Source of the DNA: a virus
Strand: one strand, 5' to 3'
DNA length: 64,000 nucleotides
Virus record (IMG/VR): IMGVR_UViG_3300034375_013346
Span: 50,612-114,611 of that record
The notes below the pieces were generated by a model. It did no database searches. It was not told the DNA's origin and saw nothing but the letters and a program-made list of their open reading frames with translations. The stretch's first letter is position 1. Every line of letters starts with the position of its first letter. Shown here one piece after another: positions 47,101 through 56,317 of this stretch. The position numbers were made by a program, and so were the translations under genes.

Positions 47101-47665
47101 CATCCAGGGCTTCTATAAATGCCTCCTCGGTTAGATCGTTTCGTCCGCTTAAAGACTGATCAAAGTAATTTTTCTTCTCCTCAGTATCGGTGTTTGCTAT
47201 GATCCTCTTTACTCTTACCCGATCTGCATCATCCTCGATCTGACCAGTAACATCTACAGTTATGTACAGAAGAGGAGTTAGAAAACTCTCAAAGAACCAG
47301 TTGTCCCTAGTATCAAAAGTGCTAGGAACCTGCAAGTTTTGGAGAGGTGTAGGATCCTTCACCGGCTGGGATTTATAAACCTGGGAATATGTGCCATCAG
47401 GGTTTCTAACAGTAGCAAAGTTATCACCTAATCCAGCCAAAGATTGTATATTGGAATCTAATCTTTGTATTTGAGATCTGAGATATCCATAGCCTGGCAG
47501 ATTGGCAAAAGAGGGTAATCCATCCTCGTCCAAAACCTCTATCTGCACACTATCGCTGGTCGATGTTGCTACCTCGTTTAGTCCATTTATTATTTCTATG
47601 GAATTCTTCTGAAGTCTTAAAAACTGAGCTACTAAAGAGCTAATTGAATTTTGTGTAGATGCCAT
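44105..47665 (-). CDS. Virion structural protein with coiled coils and an FN3-like segment (1186 aa)
   Basis: EVRIRSISEAGWP...SDFS FN3-like strands, coiled coils, tail context. Confidence 0.6.
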   Translation of the reverse strand: MASTQNSISSLVAQFLRLQKNSIEIINGLNEVATSTSDSVQIEVLDEDGLPSFANLPGYGYLRSQIQRLDSNIQSLAGLGDNFATVRNPDGTYSQVYKSQPVKDPTPLQNLQVPSTFDTRDNWFFESFLTPLLYITVDVTGQIEDDADRVRVKRIIANTDTEEKKNYFDQSLSGRNDLTEEAFIEALDDAGILYFIDEDNIDLPLRTIRNKGNFGVISFYDDVVTLTDANGRSTEETRRNYKLTTVNYTDTSTNVTDGKTLRVGDTLLTADGSRYRITSVNIEETSVQLKRTSGYQPIEIGSDTLTLLSTQFSERTIQVNIGFDERQGIFFKKIDDNYNIVGSTWSTGIIFFSNNLNINTQSGVRTLEQFYLSNVADIGQIFLGMAKEKKIAAINAELPNPPVLSASNFKVVQINKQLTQGTDVQTLNEKVALKSTLQSEISQIDNSISRVRSSINSASNSAVLGSSNAISRANSSRTTGNSNQSQQASLISLTEQRVQKQQLLTSVVSDITTLSESTPQISVAPKYRARGFWAMPAAKDSPLTGPQNVIQFLIQYRYLSDSGASPAVDQINYVDENGQEKTGAFSNWNEIKSEIRQKVYDPNTGTYVWVEEQPDNADNININQLDIPITKGERVEVRIRSISEAGWPDNPAMSDFSESVIIAFPEDASTQSTAANMNNNLKDAAVLQVQQDLSSKGIDGLLSQQFTTGDKVYYLGSDSIASGFYDSSGSPVDLLRKITELQDQINSLSARLTSAAGILEVSIVDSSGNSQIVENGSTIKISGGFYNQIYETPTTAGGDAGKIASSIYEIRISNSSAGVLELSSILPGGLSVLAGTDSTYPLPSGYSTNLRYGEVPISITSLNPSDIVVPGSSLATDTSFQLFRQAPPYASGNSSSQYLYPRWRSVGLDNDLYIQPSAFNSSYAYTGDTDGLPRNGSQLLPFDPVVASVPTASGTNANVWNGTYSGSTGSYTPAGNGTLSEFCIHKNHPILNTGSGIDFENLVKPDFSNDVVVYPYFRQSDYFYVDTTLPSNFMQLGYQEVSEDFVTGPTASVRDDGMYPQKLGFTEDDLYLIGRYTCGAYLFLGPPTASLIQVEGSTQLATKNIADSSGSINVPLIFQFRATDALGNIGGFRADGNPTNITYTKKAGIDIQVKNQSPFSFDVEVTGKYKNDTLSSPNFTSSRIIG

Positions 47666-47681
47666 TTTTTACTTTAAAATT

Positions 47682-49892
47682 TTACCCATTGTTAGTTAAA
47701 CTTTTTCCTATTATGTCGGCTTGAAAAACCAAGTTGTCTGGATCGACACAAACAATGTCTATCACAGGCAGATAGTCATAGGTGCTAACATCCGAATCAA
47801 CTAGAGAAATTATCAACGACGAGTAGCTAACCCCGCTAGGGTTCGACAGTGGATATCTACCGGCAGCGTCAGTAAGGAAGGTTATGTTGAAATCCCCGGG
47901 TATAATCTGATCGCCGAAGCTAAATCTCATAACCTGACCCCTTTGCCATCTAGAGGTAAGATCACTCACCTGTATAACAAGATCTGATGAGAGAGTAATA
48001 GGAACCCCGTCATTAACGTGTTTCAAGTAGTTTGTGTAATTAACCAGCGTAACCACATTCGGGGAGGAGTTTTGTAAAGTTACTGTGCCAAGATTAGATC
48101 CGATATTAAAATCCTGATTGTTATTGGATATAGTGACCTGATCCGGAACACTTCTATCTACGATAACACCAGATCCCTGTTTTATGCCATCAAGATTATA
48201 TGAAATCTCAACTGAGGTCTCATTATTAACTATGGCTCTTATAAGCTCGTAGTTCTGATTTATTAGAGACATAACAGCTTGAGTATTGTTAAAAAGGGCC
48301 TGATTGGAAGCATAGGAGCTTTCCAGGGAAGCTATTCTCCTATCTAGATTGGCAGTTGTATCGGTAGAAAGAGTGAGATTCTCTAGATTAGAAACTCTGT
48401 TCTCCAGTTGGGTGTAAGTGGAAGCACTGTTGTTCAGGGTAGAGGAAGCATCCTGAAGAACGTTCATGGCATCCATGAACATGGTCAAGGAAAAAGGTGA
48501 ATAATCGTTTATAGCCTGTTCTACCCCGGTCTGGTCAATATCTACATCGAACTTGATATTAAGTTTTAAACCATAGGAATTTCCATTGAGTTTGGATACA
48601 ACATTTGGTTTAAATTTCTTAAATGCTGGTATACTGTATATGTCAGAACCGACAGACTGGACATCATCCAAAAATAATACCCCATATAAATTAGTAGCGG
48701 AATCCGAAGGTACTGCAGGATCATAAACATCATAATAAATCAAGACACAATTAAAATCGAAATCCTCAGATATGGAGGTGGAATTAAACTCCTCTATGGT
48801 GCTTATGGAAGCGTCATCCACGACCTGCTTATACGAGTCAGGGTCGAAGTCTATACCAATGGAATCTAATCTGGTTCTAACATATTTCTGGAATCCCGCA
48901 CCTCCAGTAGCTCCACTATATGATTTGGAAAGTATCTGGGAAGTAGTATCGGTAAATGAGGAATCACTAAAATAAGTATTAGCGGTATCTCTTGGGCTAT
49001 ACCAATTTCCATCACCAGTAGCCCCATCTGAGGTATCCTCAAAGGTTACCGTGGGTGATCCCAAGACATCATCATCAAAAATGGCTAAGTTGGTAAGTCC
49101 GCTTGGATTTAATTCGTCATATGCTCTACCAGTCAGATACTCGGTATCTAAGGGATCCGAGGGACTGTTGGTCCACTGGTAATCAGGATAATAATTACTA
49201 TCAACCACATTCTTAAATAGAACAGTTGGAGTGTTACCGTCCTTGGTAGGTACATGCACATATACTTCCGAATATGTGTTATTGTTATTTTTAACCGAGT
49301 TAACTATATCAAGATTCCCTATGTATTGAACAACTCTATTATAAGTGGATCCAGTTAAACCATAAGATCCAGTCCCACCAGAAGGGTCCCCCTCAACGTA
49401 CCTCTTTTGTGTAACCGGGAGGGAATCAACTACAGTGACCGTATTTTGGTCTAGTGCTGAAACCACCTGATCGCTAGAAGCAGGCTGGAATCTAATAGCC
49501 CCGAGTTCTTTTAGCCACTTAAAGAATACTCTCTCAGAAACATTCTGCTTTAAATCCGAGTCATATACATCAGAACTAAGGATGGTGGTCTCCAAATTTA
49601 AACAGTAGCTTTGAAAGCTCTGCGAAAAGTCGATATTAGCATTACCTGTAATAATTTTACCAGCGCTAGTAGCCTTGTCCAAGAAAGCACCATCAGGTGC
49701 GTTCAGTTTAATGGAGTTTCCGAGGGGATCTCCGGAATTTATTTGCGGTATATCGAGTAGAGCAAATTTAGAAAACTTAAATTTGTTTACCGAATTATTA
49801 AACGTAAAGGATAAATCCTCCGCAGCAGAAGAGAAGGCGTAAAACGTTCCGCCCTGTACTTGTAGAGGCCTTATAAAAGGTGTTTTTGCCAT
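47682..49892 (-). CDS. Virion structural protein (736 aa, C-terminal coiled coil)
   Basis: Tail context; heptad region LENRVSNLE...LDRRIASLE. Confidence 0.6.
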   Translation of the reverse strand: MAKTPFIRPLQVQGGTFYAFSSAAEDLSFTFNNSVNKFKFSKFALLDIPQINSGDPLGNSIKLNAPDGAFLDKATSAGKIITGNANIDFSQSFQSYCLNLETTILSSDVYDSDLKQNVSERVFFKWLKELGAIRFQPASSDQVVSALDQNTVTVVDSLPVTQKRYVEGDPSGGTGSYGLTGSTYNRVVQYIGNLDIVNSVKNNNNTYSEVYVHVPTKDGNTPTVLFKNVVDSNYYPDYQWTNSPSDPLDTEYLTGRAYDELNPSGLTNLAIFDDDVLGSPTVTFEDTSDGATGDGNWYSPRDTANTYFSDSSFTDTTSQILSKSYSGATGGAGFQKYVRTRLDSIGIDFDPDSYKQVVDDASISTIEEFNSTSISEDFDFNCVLIYYDVYDPAVPSDSATNLYGVLFLDDVQSVGSDIYSIPAFKKFKPNVVSKLNGNSYGLKLNIKFDVDIDQTGVEQAINDYSPFSLTMFMDAMNVLQDASSTLNNSASTYTQLENRVSNLENLTLSTDTTANLDRRIASLESSYASNQALFNNTQAVMSLINQNYELIRAIVNNETSVEISYNLDGIKQGSGVIVDRSVPDQVTISNNNQDFNIGSNLGTVTLQNSSPNVVTLVNYTNYLKHVNDGVPITLSSDLVIQVSDLTSRWQRGQVMRFSFGDQIIPGDFNITFLTDAAGRYPLSNPSGVSYSSLIISLVDSDVSTYDYLPVIDIVCVDPDNLVFQADIIGKSLTNNG

Positions 49893-49912
49893 CTATCTTT
49901 GCTTTTTTATTA

Positions 49913-50794
49913 TTACCAGGTCATATTAGTAGATCCGAGTACTACCCACGATCCTTCCTGATTTCCGGTGCCTTTACCAATTCTAGGCTCCCACTGGAGC
50001 TGAATTGATGATTGATAAGGTTTGCCACCATCTACGGTAATTCCGGTAGACGGGAATTCCCCGTAACTGCTAACCGTGTTAAATCCGGTATATGCTGAAC
50101 TTTGTACACCAGTTTTAATACTTCCCGATGTATTATCAGTGTTCACTATGGTTACTCTTAAACCAGCAGGGAGATTGGATGCAGTTCCACCTGTCGTACC
50201 TACGCTTAAATAAAGGCCAGAGCTACAACTAGCATAAATTACATCTTCTAGTCCCGTAATAGCATATGGTGTTCCTGAGGTAGTCGTTATTCCACCCCCA
50301 CCAGTGGCAGAATTAGGGAATGCAGTTCCTGCAGTGATGCCGGGGGATACCGTGGTGTTCTGACTCCTGATGTTACCAGTTAGATACCCATAAGTTAATG
50401 AAGAATTTAGAGAGGAAGCTCCATTTAAATTGGTAGAACCAGAGAAAGTTGTTGTTCCGCTCTGATTTAAGTTACCCGACAGAGTGAAGGTACCGCTACC
50501 TGTCAGGGTTGTAGTGCTAATGCTTTGGAAACTACCAGCTCCAGTGGATGTTATCTGTGCTAGTGCTGTTCCCCCGCTTGGGATCGTGATTGAATCGAAT
50601 TTACCAGTCTTCGCTGATATTCTCCCAGTGGATGCATTTGTAAGATCCAATATACCATTGGTTGAATCTATACCAAAGGTGTTATTGTATGCATTAATCC
50701 AATTCTCCAATAATAGAAAATTAGAATTAAGTGTTGTCCTTGAGGAAGAAATCGAGTCAGATCCTAGAATCGTTGTTGTGCTTACTGTGGCCAT
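49913..50794 (-). CDS. Short tail fiber/spike-like protein
   Basis: Probable start MATVSTT at 50794; I.G.DS.S.SR..LN.NF head and beta-helix-like S/T/G repeats. Confidence 0.65.
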   Translation of the reverse strand: MATVSTTTILGSDSISSSRTTLNSNFLLLENWINAYNNTFGIDSTNGILDLTNASTGRISAKTGKFDSITIPSGGTALAQITSTGAGSFQSISTTTLTGSGTFTLSGNLNQSGTTTFSGSTNLNGASSLNSSLTYGYLTGNIRSQNTTVSPGITAGTAFPNSATGGGGITTTSGTPYAITGLEDVIYASCSSGLYLSVGTTGGTASNLPAGLRVTIVNTDNTSGSIKTGVQSSAYTGFNTVSSYGEFPSTGITVDGGKPYQSSIQLQWEPRIGKGTGNQEGSWVVLGSTNMTW

Positions 50795-50829
50795 TTGATG
50801 TAAATTTTTTGATTTCCTTAGTTTTGAAA

Positions 50830-50837
50830 TATATATC
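50830..50837 (-). promoter_or_regulatory. GATATATA putative late promoter heading the tail gene run
   Basis: Octamer about 35 nt upstream of the ATG at 50794, where minus-strand transcription must restart after the inverted GT2-PhoH pair. Confidence 0.6.
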
Positions 50838-50861
50838 ACATCCATTTTCAAACTCTAAAAT

Positions 50862-51650
50862 ATGCTTGGAAATAAACACTCCCATAGGAGAGTATATGAT
50901 TTGAAGCTTAATAAATCCGAATTGAGACTGATTGATTCGGACAAACCCAAGCTTGTCCCGGTCATTATATGTACCTGGATGAGGGTAGAAGGGTTCAATA
51001 AAGTGGTGGAAGCCCTAAATAAACAGACAAACAAGAACTTCAAGCTGTTTATATGGAACAACAATTCGGATATTACCGAGGATATACTAGATATATTAAC
51101 AAAAAAAGCATCCTTTAGCTCAGAGATTTTCGAAAGCGATTTTAATATAGGAGGGTTTGGTAGATTCTATTTTGCAAATCACCTATATGGAAATCCAGAA
51201 TTGAGCAGGTATTGCATCTTCATAGATGACGACCAAACGTTTGAGGAAGATACGATAGAAAAATTCTTAAAAGAGGCCCTACCTAAGACCATACTTTCCC
51301 AGTGGTCCTGGAAATTTAATTCAACGAGATACTTCGGAAGAGAAAACAGGATACTAGTTGACCCACACGAAGAAGTTCACCACTGTGGAACTGGGGGTAT
51401 GGTAGCAGATATGGAAATATTCATGGAAAAAGGTCTCTATGAATGTCCAAAGAAATACTGGTTTATAGAGGATCTCTGGCTTTCATACTTCTCAAGTCAT
51501 AAAAAAGGATATAAACTACTAAAGAGTTCCACAGTATTTAAGAACGGGTCAGATAAGTATAATCTGAACGATATAGTAAAAGATCAAAAAGAAACCATGC
51601 TAGCCGAATTGATAGAAGATCTAGGATGGAGCATACTCAAAAATAATTAA
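50862..51650 (+). CDS. GT2-family glycosyltransferase
   Basis: VIICTW.R, L..QT...F...IWNN, NIGGFGRF, IFIDDD, IEDLWLS. Confidence 0.8.
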   Translation: MLGNKHSHRRVYDLKLNKSELRLIDSDKPKLVPVIICTWMRVEGFNKVVEALNKQTNKNFKLFIWNNNSDITEDILDILTKKASFSSEIFESDFNIGGFGRFYFANHLYGNPELSRYCIFIDDDQTFEEDTIEKFLKEALPKTILSQWSWKFNSTRYFGRENRILVDPHEEVHHCGTGGMVADMEIFMEKGLYECPKKYWFIEDLWLSYFSSHKKGYKLLKSSTVFKNGSDKYNLNDIVKDQKETMLAELIEDLGWSILKNN

Positions 51651-51654
51651 AAAA

Positions 51655-52317
51655 ATGCCTGAAAACACCCAAAAGAGAGTACCCAAAGGGGATATAAAGT
51701 TCACAATCTCCTTATCAGAGGAGCAGAAACTAGCAAAAGCAGAAATTAGAAACCATCCATTTAGCTTTATAACAGGGAAGGCAGGTAGTGGCAAAACTCT
51801 GTTAGCGGTCCAAATAGCTCTGGACTCATACTTCAAAAGGGAGGTAAACAAAATAGTAATCACCAGACCCACGGTATCTAACGAGGATAATGGTTTTTTA
51901 CCAGGTTCTTTAGAGGAAAAGATGGAACCTTGGCTAGTTCCTATAAGATCCAACATGAGAAAGGTCTACAATAAACCGGATATACTAGAAAAAATGGAAA
52001 AAGATGAGAACATAGAGCTTGTGTCTCTAACACATTTTAGGGGCAGAACTTTTGATGACTGCATCGTGATTGTAGACGAATTCCAAAATCTCACTAAACA
52101 GCAGCTAGGGATGGTACTAGGTAGACTTGGAAAGAACTCAAAAATGATGTTGTGCGGGGACGGGCAACAAATAGATCTTAAATTCAATAACGACTCAGCA
52201 ATACATGAGGTTCCCAAACTTAAGGATTCATCCTTTGTTTATACGATTTCACTTAAGGACAACCATAGACACGAATCAATAGACGAGGTACTTAGGCTAC
52301 TTGCTAATAGTTACTGA
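51655..52317 (+). CDS. phoH: PhoH-like ATPase
   Basis: GKAGSGKT, GFLPG..EEKM.PW, RGRTF, VDEFQN, LGRLG, GD..QIDL, RH. Confidence 0.95.
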   Translation: MPENTQKRVPKGDIKFTISLSEEQKLAKAEIRNHPFSFITGKAGSGKTLLAVQIALDSYFKREVNKIVITRPTVSNEDNGFLPGSLEEKMEPWLVPIRSNMRKVYNKPDILEKMEKDENIELVSLTHFRGRTFDDCIVIVDEFQNLTKQQLGMVLGRLGKNSKMMLCGDGQQIDLKFNNDSAIHEVPKLKDSSFVYTISLKDNHRHESIDEVLRLLANSY

Positions 52318-55300
52318 TTGAAAGTGGCATCCGGATTATTTGGTATCACTATACCAGATCCGAATTTCACTCTTTGGTTGAGCATAATCTCAAGTTGATC
52401 TAAATTCATGTCTCTACCAAGCTCAAGAGCTTTAGAATTTCTATCCAGATTAGCAGGTATGTACCCGTAATCAGCTGAGTTAACATATTCAGGGTTCGGG
52501 TCGTTGGCAAGAGGTATAGACTGATTTACAACCTTAACAAAAGCTGGTTTGGAAACCTCATATACATTTCCAGCAGAATCCTCCACCGAGTTAACAATCG
52601 AGTAATAGCCACTTTCAGCAAAGGTATAGATAAAATAGGGAACGGATTTCACATCAAGCAAAACCTCGCCCGTTCCTGCATTAGTTAATATCCACCTGTT
52701 ATTATTTTTCCCAAATATCTTGGAATCATAATTACTCAAAAATAGGGTAGAAAGCATAGGAACGTATAGGTCAGAATTGCTATTATGGACATCTACCCAG
52801 GACCATGACCCAGAACCAACTCTGGAAATAATATCGCCCATTGCCTTACCAGGGGATTTCTTATATCCCTTAAACATCGAGGTGAAATTGCCATCGCCCG
52901 AAACATAAGGGAGATTTGCTGGACCGGTAACACCCGAATGTGAGCCAGCTAAAAACATATTATTCCCTCCCGATATAGTAAATGTGAAATCGCTCTGTTC
53001 ACCAACTGAAGGGGTAAGCTTGAATGAGACCTCACCAAGGATAAGATCCTCTGGTTTCGTCCCTACTACACCACCAGAAAGAACACTAAATTGATAAACA
53101 CCCGGGCTAACCAGGCTAACACCTGGGTCATCATAGTATCCCGAATTTCCACCAATATCGGTCCATTCGGCTCTTCCATTTCTAATAAGAAAGTCATTAA
53201 ACTGATCTGTTAGATCGGCTCCTTCCTGTATAGAGTTTATGAAGAGGACATCTACAAAAGGGATCAGATTATAAACCGAAGCCTGATTTGAGCCAGGAAG
53301 ATCAACACCCCCTATATGGAAAAGATCGCTCTTAAATGATTCCGGACTTCTCTGGGAGGTCGAGAAAGAATCTATAAATGTCCCAGTGACATTCCTTTTC
53401 ACAATATTATAAGAATCCCCAACAATCGCAGGATCCTGAGGATATTTTAGGGATACGTAATAGTCTCCGTCGCTATCAACCCTGCTACATTGGGTCAAGG
53501 AAACCTTGTATGGTTCCCCATAAGATGAAGGTAAAAAATTATAGCTAGATGCAAGTGAATATCCACCCCCGGGTCTTAACGAGATCGTTCCTAGATTGAC
53601 ACCCCCCGAAGTTCCAGTTACAATCCCATTAGTTCCTGCTGGAGGAGGTGTGATAGTAGCATTTCCACTATATAGGAAATCAAAATAATATTGACTATTA
53701 GATCGATAGACTAGACCAGTAGAACTCCAATCTGAATACAGGGGATCAGCAGAATTGAAGTTTCTCACGAAAGCACCTGTAATCCCAAGATTAGATGAAG
53801 AGTTCAGTAGGAAAAAGGGTCTAGATACTCCGGTGGGTCCAGGATGATTAAGACTGACCCCGCCTGAAGAAAAACTCGAACTAGAGGATCCACTCAAGAC
53901 ATAAGTTGAACTATCTCTCAGCGACTGGATTTCCTTAAGATGAAATCCTGTGGATCCCAATGTAAATCCATTCTTCAAATCTAAGTAAGAATCCATATCA
54001 ATCACAAATCCGTTGCTGTAATAGCTCCCTCCCTCGAATTCAGAGAAAAGAAAATACGGAGAATTTGGTATGTCCTCAGTTCGGCCATACCCGTTTGAGA
54101 GAGTCGATATTCCACCTTCTATATTAGTGGTAAGTCTTACTGAATTCTTAGATATTGATAAGTCAGAAATACCCACCGAGGTGTCATTACTCGACGTAGG
54201 AGATCCTGGCCTGACATCATATGAATAACTTGCCCTTGGGAAGTACCTAAAGTTACTTAGACAGTAGCTTGATTGTATAGCGTTAGGCTGGGAAAAATCT
54301 ATACCACCGTAGCTAACCTGATTTCCTATATCATAGTCAACCTCAGCGATAAAATATCCAGAACTGCCGTCCAAGACAGATTCATCTGGTATATAAGCAC
54401 CGCTGGTAGCTCCAGTGGGCCCATTTAATATCCAAGGGTAGTCATAGCTGGCTGTAATACCAGGAGTAGCTATATTGGAAAAACCTATAGGGGCACCAGT
54501 TGGACCGCTAACCCCAGTGGCATTCATCTCAGAAGCACCAGGAAACTTAGATCCATATACAAATTTACCTGCCTCTATGTAATTACTAAATGATCCAGCA
54601 ACGAAGAGTGTAGAGTCATCCAGAGAGGGGCAAGCTCTGAGAGCCCTCGTCGATTTTCCTCTAAATGGTATAGCTCCCATAATTTGCCCTGCATCACTAT
54701 AAAAAGCCACGAATCCAACCTCCCCAGTTCCTCCAGTACCTCCGCTAGGATTTGGATTTACAAGGGAATATGCGGATTCTAAATTTGATGGCTCTCCTAG
54801 ATTTATAGACGATTCGCTCGAATATCCAGTTACCACATTATAACCCTTATATCTGCAAGATGATGTGATAGTAAAGCTATCTATATCGTCAAGCCAAGAA
54901 TATTCATCAGGGATTAATTTCATTCTGTCTACATCAGTATAACTTAGAACCGGTGGATTACTCCAATAGCTCCTATTACCAGCGGAGTTGTTAGCTATAT
55001 CCTTGAAGTCGGTCTCAAGGAATAGATTCCTTGGGTCCATTCCAGGATGGTTATTTAGCAAAGGCGAAAGATCTCTATTAGTCCAGGTAGGAAATTCCCA
55101 AGTATATTTATTAGATTTTGGTAATCTTGCGGTGTCCGTAGTACCGCCTTCGGTAGTTGGGGTATACGATACAAAATTCCACCCGGTAGTTCCAGTGTAC
55201 TTAGAGGTCCCATATACATGGGGTATAGTATAATCAAAGAGGGTTATATAATTTCCAGCTACAACCCAAAGGTCCGATGAATACGCGGTTTTATTAGTAT

Positions 55301-56300
55301 ATTGACTTTTCTCTTGGATAACGAGTAGGTCTATAACCCTATCATCAATCAAATCAGAGTTGGATTGCGTATAATTTGTAAATGTTGTCCCGTTAAAGTG
55401 GTAAAAGCCATCCGTGTTTGGAACTGCCACCATGTTAGGAGATCCAATCTTAAAAAATACATGACCATTTTTTCTGGACACCACTTTGGTTACACCGACA
55501 CCAGCACCAATGGACCACCGATAATATTTCTCGCCATCCCAATACACCAATCCATCAGAGGTACCAAGCCAGTAGTTTCCATTCTCGTCAAATGATATGG
55601 AGTAAACAACATCGGATCCTATATTAGAATTAGAGGTGTTTTTCTTCACCATCTCGGGGATTGATATTATACCCCCCTCCAGATCATCCGTTGCTATTTT
55701 TCCATCAGGTATTATTTGAAGTCCATCATCAGTACATAGATAATAGTCATAATCTCCACCCTTGGTACCTACTGCAGTCATTTCGTAAATATGTGGCCAG
55801 GTATAGCCTGGGGCAACCTCAGACCAGGATTCGTCAACTTTATCATATCTCCATAGATAACCACCGGTTACACCGATATCTCCGCTAGCCCCCGTTCCTC
55901 CCCCACCATTAAGAGGGGAGATAAAAGCTAATACGTCATTACCATAGGGACAGGCATAAATCGATGGAACGTCCCAAGAAGATTCAGACGAAATTATATC
56001 GCCAAATTCCGATTTATCCCAGGAATTGCCTGAATTAACATCATCTCCAGAAATATAGAAAACCAAATTCTGATCCACACCTGTAGTGACAGCTGAACCA
56101 ACCCACTTATTATTCTGTGGGTCGATGGAAATTGATCTAGTGTCCTTGAAATAGGAAGCATTAGAGGGAACAGCGGAGTTTATTGAATTATAATAATTCC
56201 ATTGGTTCCCGTCATAGTTGCTTAGACCCCTACCAACAACCCAAACAGATCCATCGGAATCGAGAGAAGCCTCGTTTATATAAAGATTCAAATTAGCCAT
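52311..56300 (-). CDS. Virion appendage protein with N-terminal beta-propeller (Reg_prop-like repeats) and C-terminal PKD-like segment
   Basis: V.SI..D..GNYWLGT.DGL repeats; YTFAESGYYSI...VED..GN. Confidence 0.65.
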   Translation of the reverse strand: MANLNLYINEASLDSDGSVWVVGRGLSNYDGNQWNYYNSINSAVPSNASYFKDTRSISIDPQNNKWVGSAVTTGVDQNLVFYISGDDVNSGNSWDKSEFGDIISSESSWDVPSIYACPYGNDVLAFISPLNGGGGTGASGDIGVTGGYLWRYDKVDESWSEVAPGYTWPHIYEMTAVGTKGGDYDYYLCTDDGLQIIPDGKIATDDLEGGIISIPEMVKKNTSNSNIGSDVVYSISFDENGNYWLGTSDGLVYWDGEKYYRWSIGAGVGVTKVVSRKNGHVFFKIGSPNMVAVPNTDGFYHFNGTTFTNYTQSNSDLIDDRVIDLLVIQEKSQYTNKTAYSSDLWVVAGNYITLFDYTIPHVYGTSKYTGTTGWNFVSYTPTTEGGTTDTARLPKSNKYTWEFPTWTNRDLSPLLNNHPGMDPRNLFLETDFKDIANNSAGNRSYWSNPPVLSYTDVDRMKLIPDEYSWLDDIDSFTITSSCRYKGYNVVTGYSSESSINLGEPSNLESAYSLVNPNPSGGTGGTGEVGFVAFYSDAGQIMGAIPFRGKSTRALRACPSLDDSTLFVAGSFSNYIEAGKFVYGSKFPGASEMNATGVSGPTGAPIGFSNIATPGITASYDYPWILNGPTGATSGAYIPDESVLDGSSGYFIAEVDYDIGNQVSYGGIDFSQPNAIQSSYCLSNFRYFPRASYSYDVRPGSPTSSNDTSVGISDLSISKNSVRLTTNIEGGISTLSNGYGRTEDIPNSPYFLFSEFEGGSYYSNGFVIDMDSYLDLKNGFTLGSTGFHLKEIQSLRDSSTYVLSGSSSSSFSSGGVSLNHPGPTGVSRPFFLLNSSSNLGITGAFVRNFNSADPLYSDWSSTGLVYRSNSQYYFDFLYSGNATITPPPAGTNGIVTGTSGGVNLGTISLRPGGGYSLASSYNFLPSSYGEPYKVSLTQCSRVDSDGDYYVSLKYPQDPAIVGDSYNIVKRNVTGTFIDSFSTSQRSPESFKSDLFHIGGVDLPGSNQASVYNLIPFVDVLFINSIQEGADLTDQFNDFLIRNGRAEWTDIGGNSGYYDDPGVSLVSPGVYQFSVLSGGVVGTKPEDLILGEVSFKLTPSVGEQSDFTFTISGGNNMFLAGSHSGVTGPANLPYVSGDGNFTSMFKGYKKSPGKAMGDIISRVGSGSWSWVDVHNSNSDLYVPMLSTLFLSNYDSKIFGKNNNRWILTNAGTGEVLLDVKSVPYFIYTFAESGYYSIVNSVEDSAGNVYEVSKPAFVKVVNQSIPLANDPNPEYVNSADYGYIPANLDRNSKALELGRDMNLDQLEIMLNQRVKFGSGIVIPNNPDATFNQ

Positions 56301-56317
56301 TCTTATTCATATTTATC

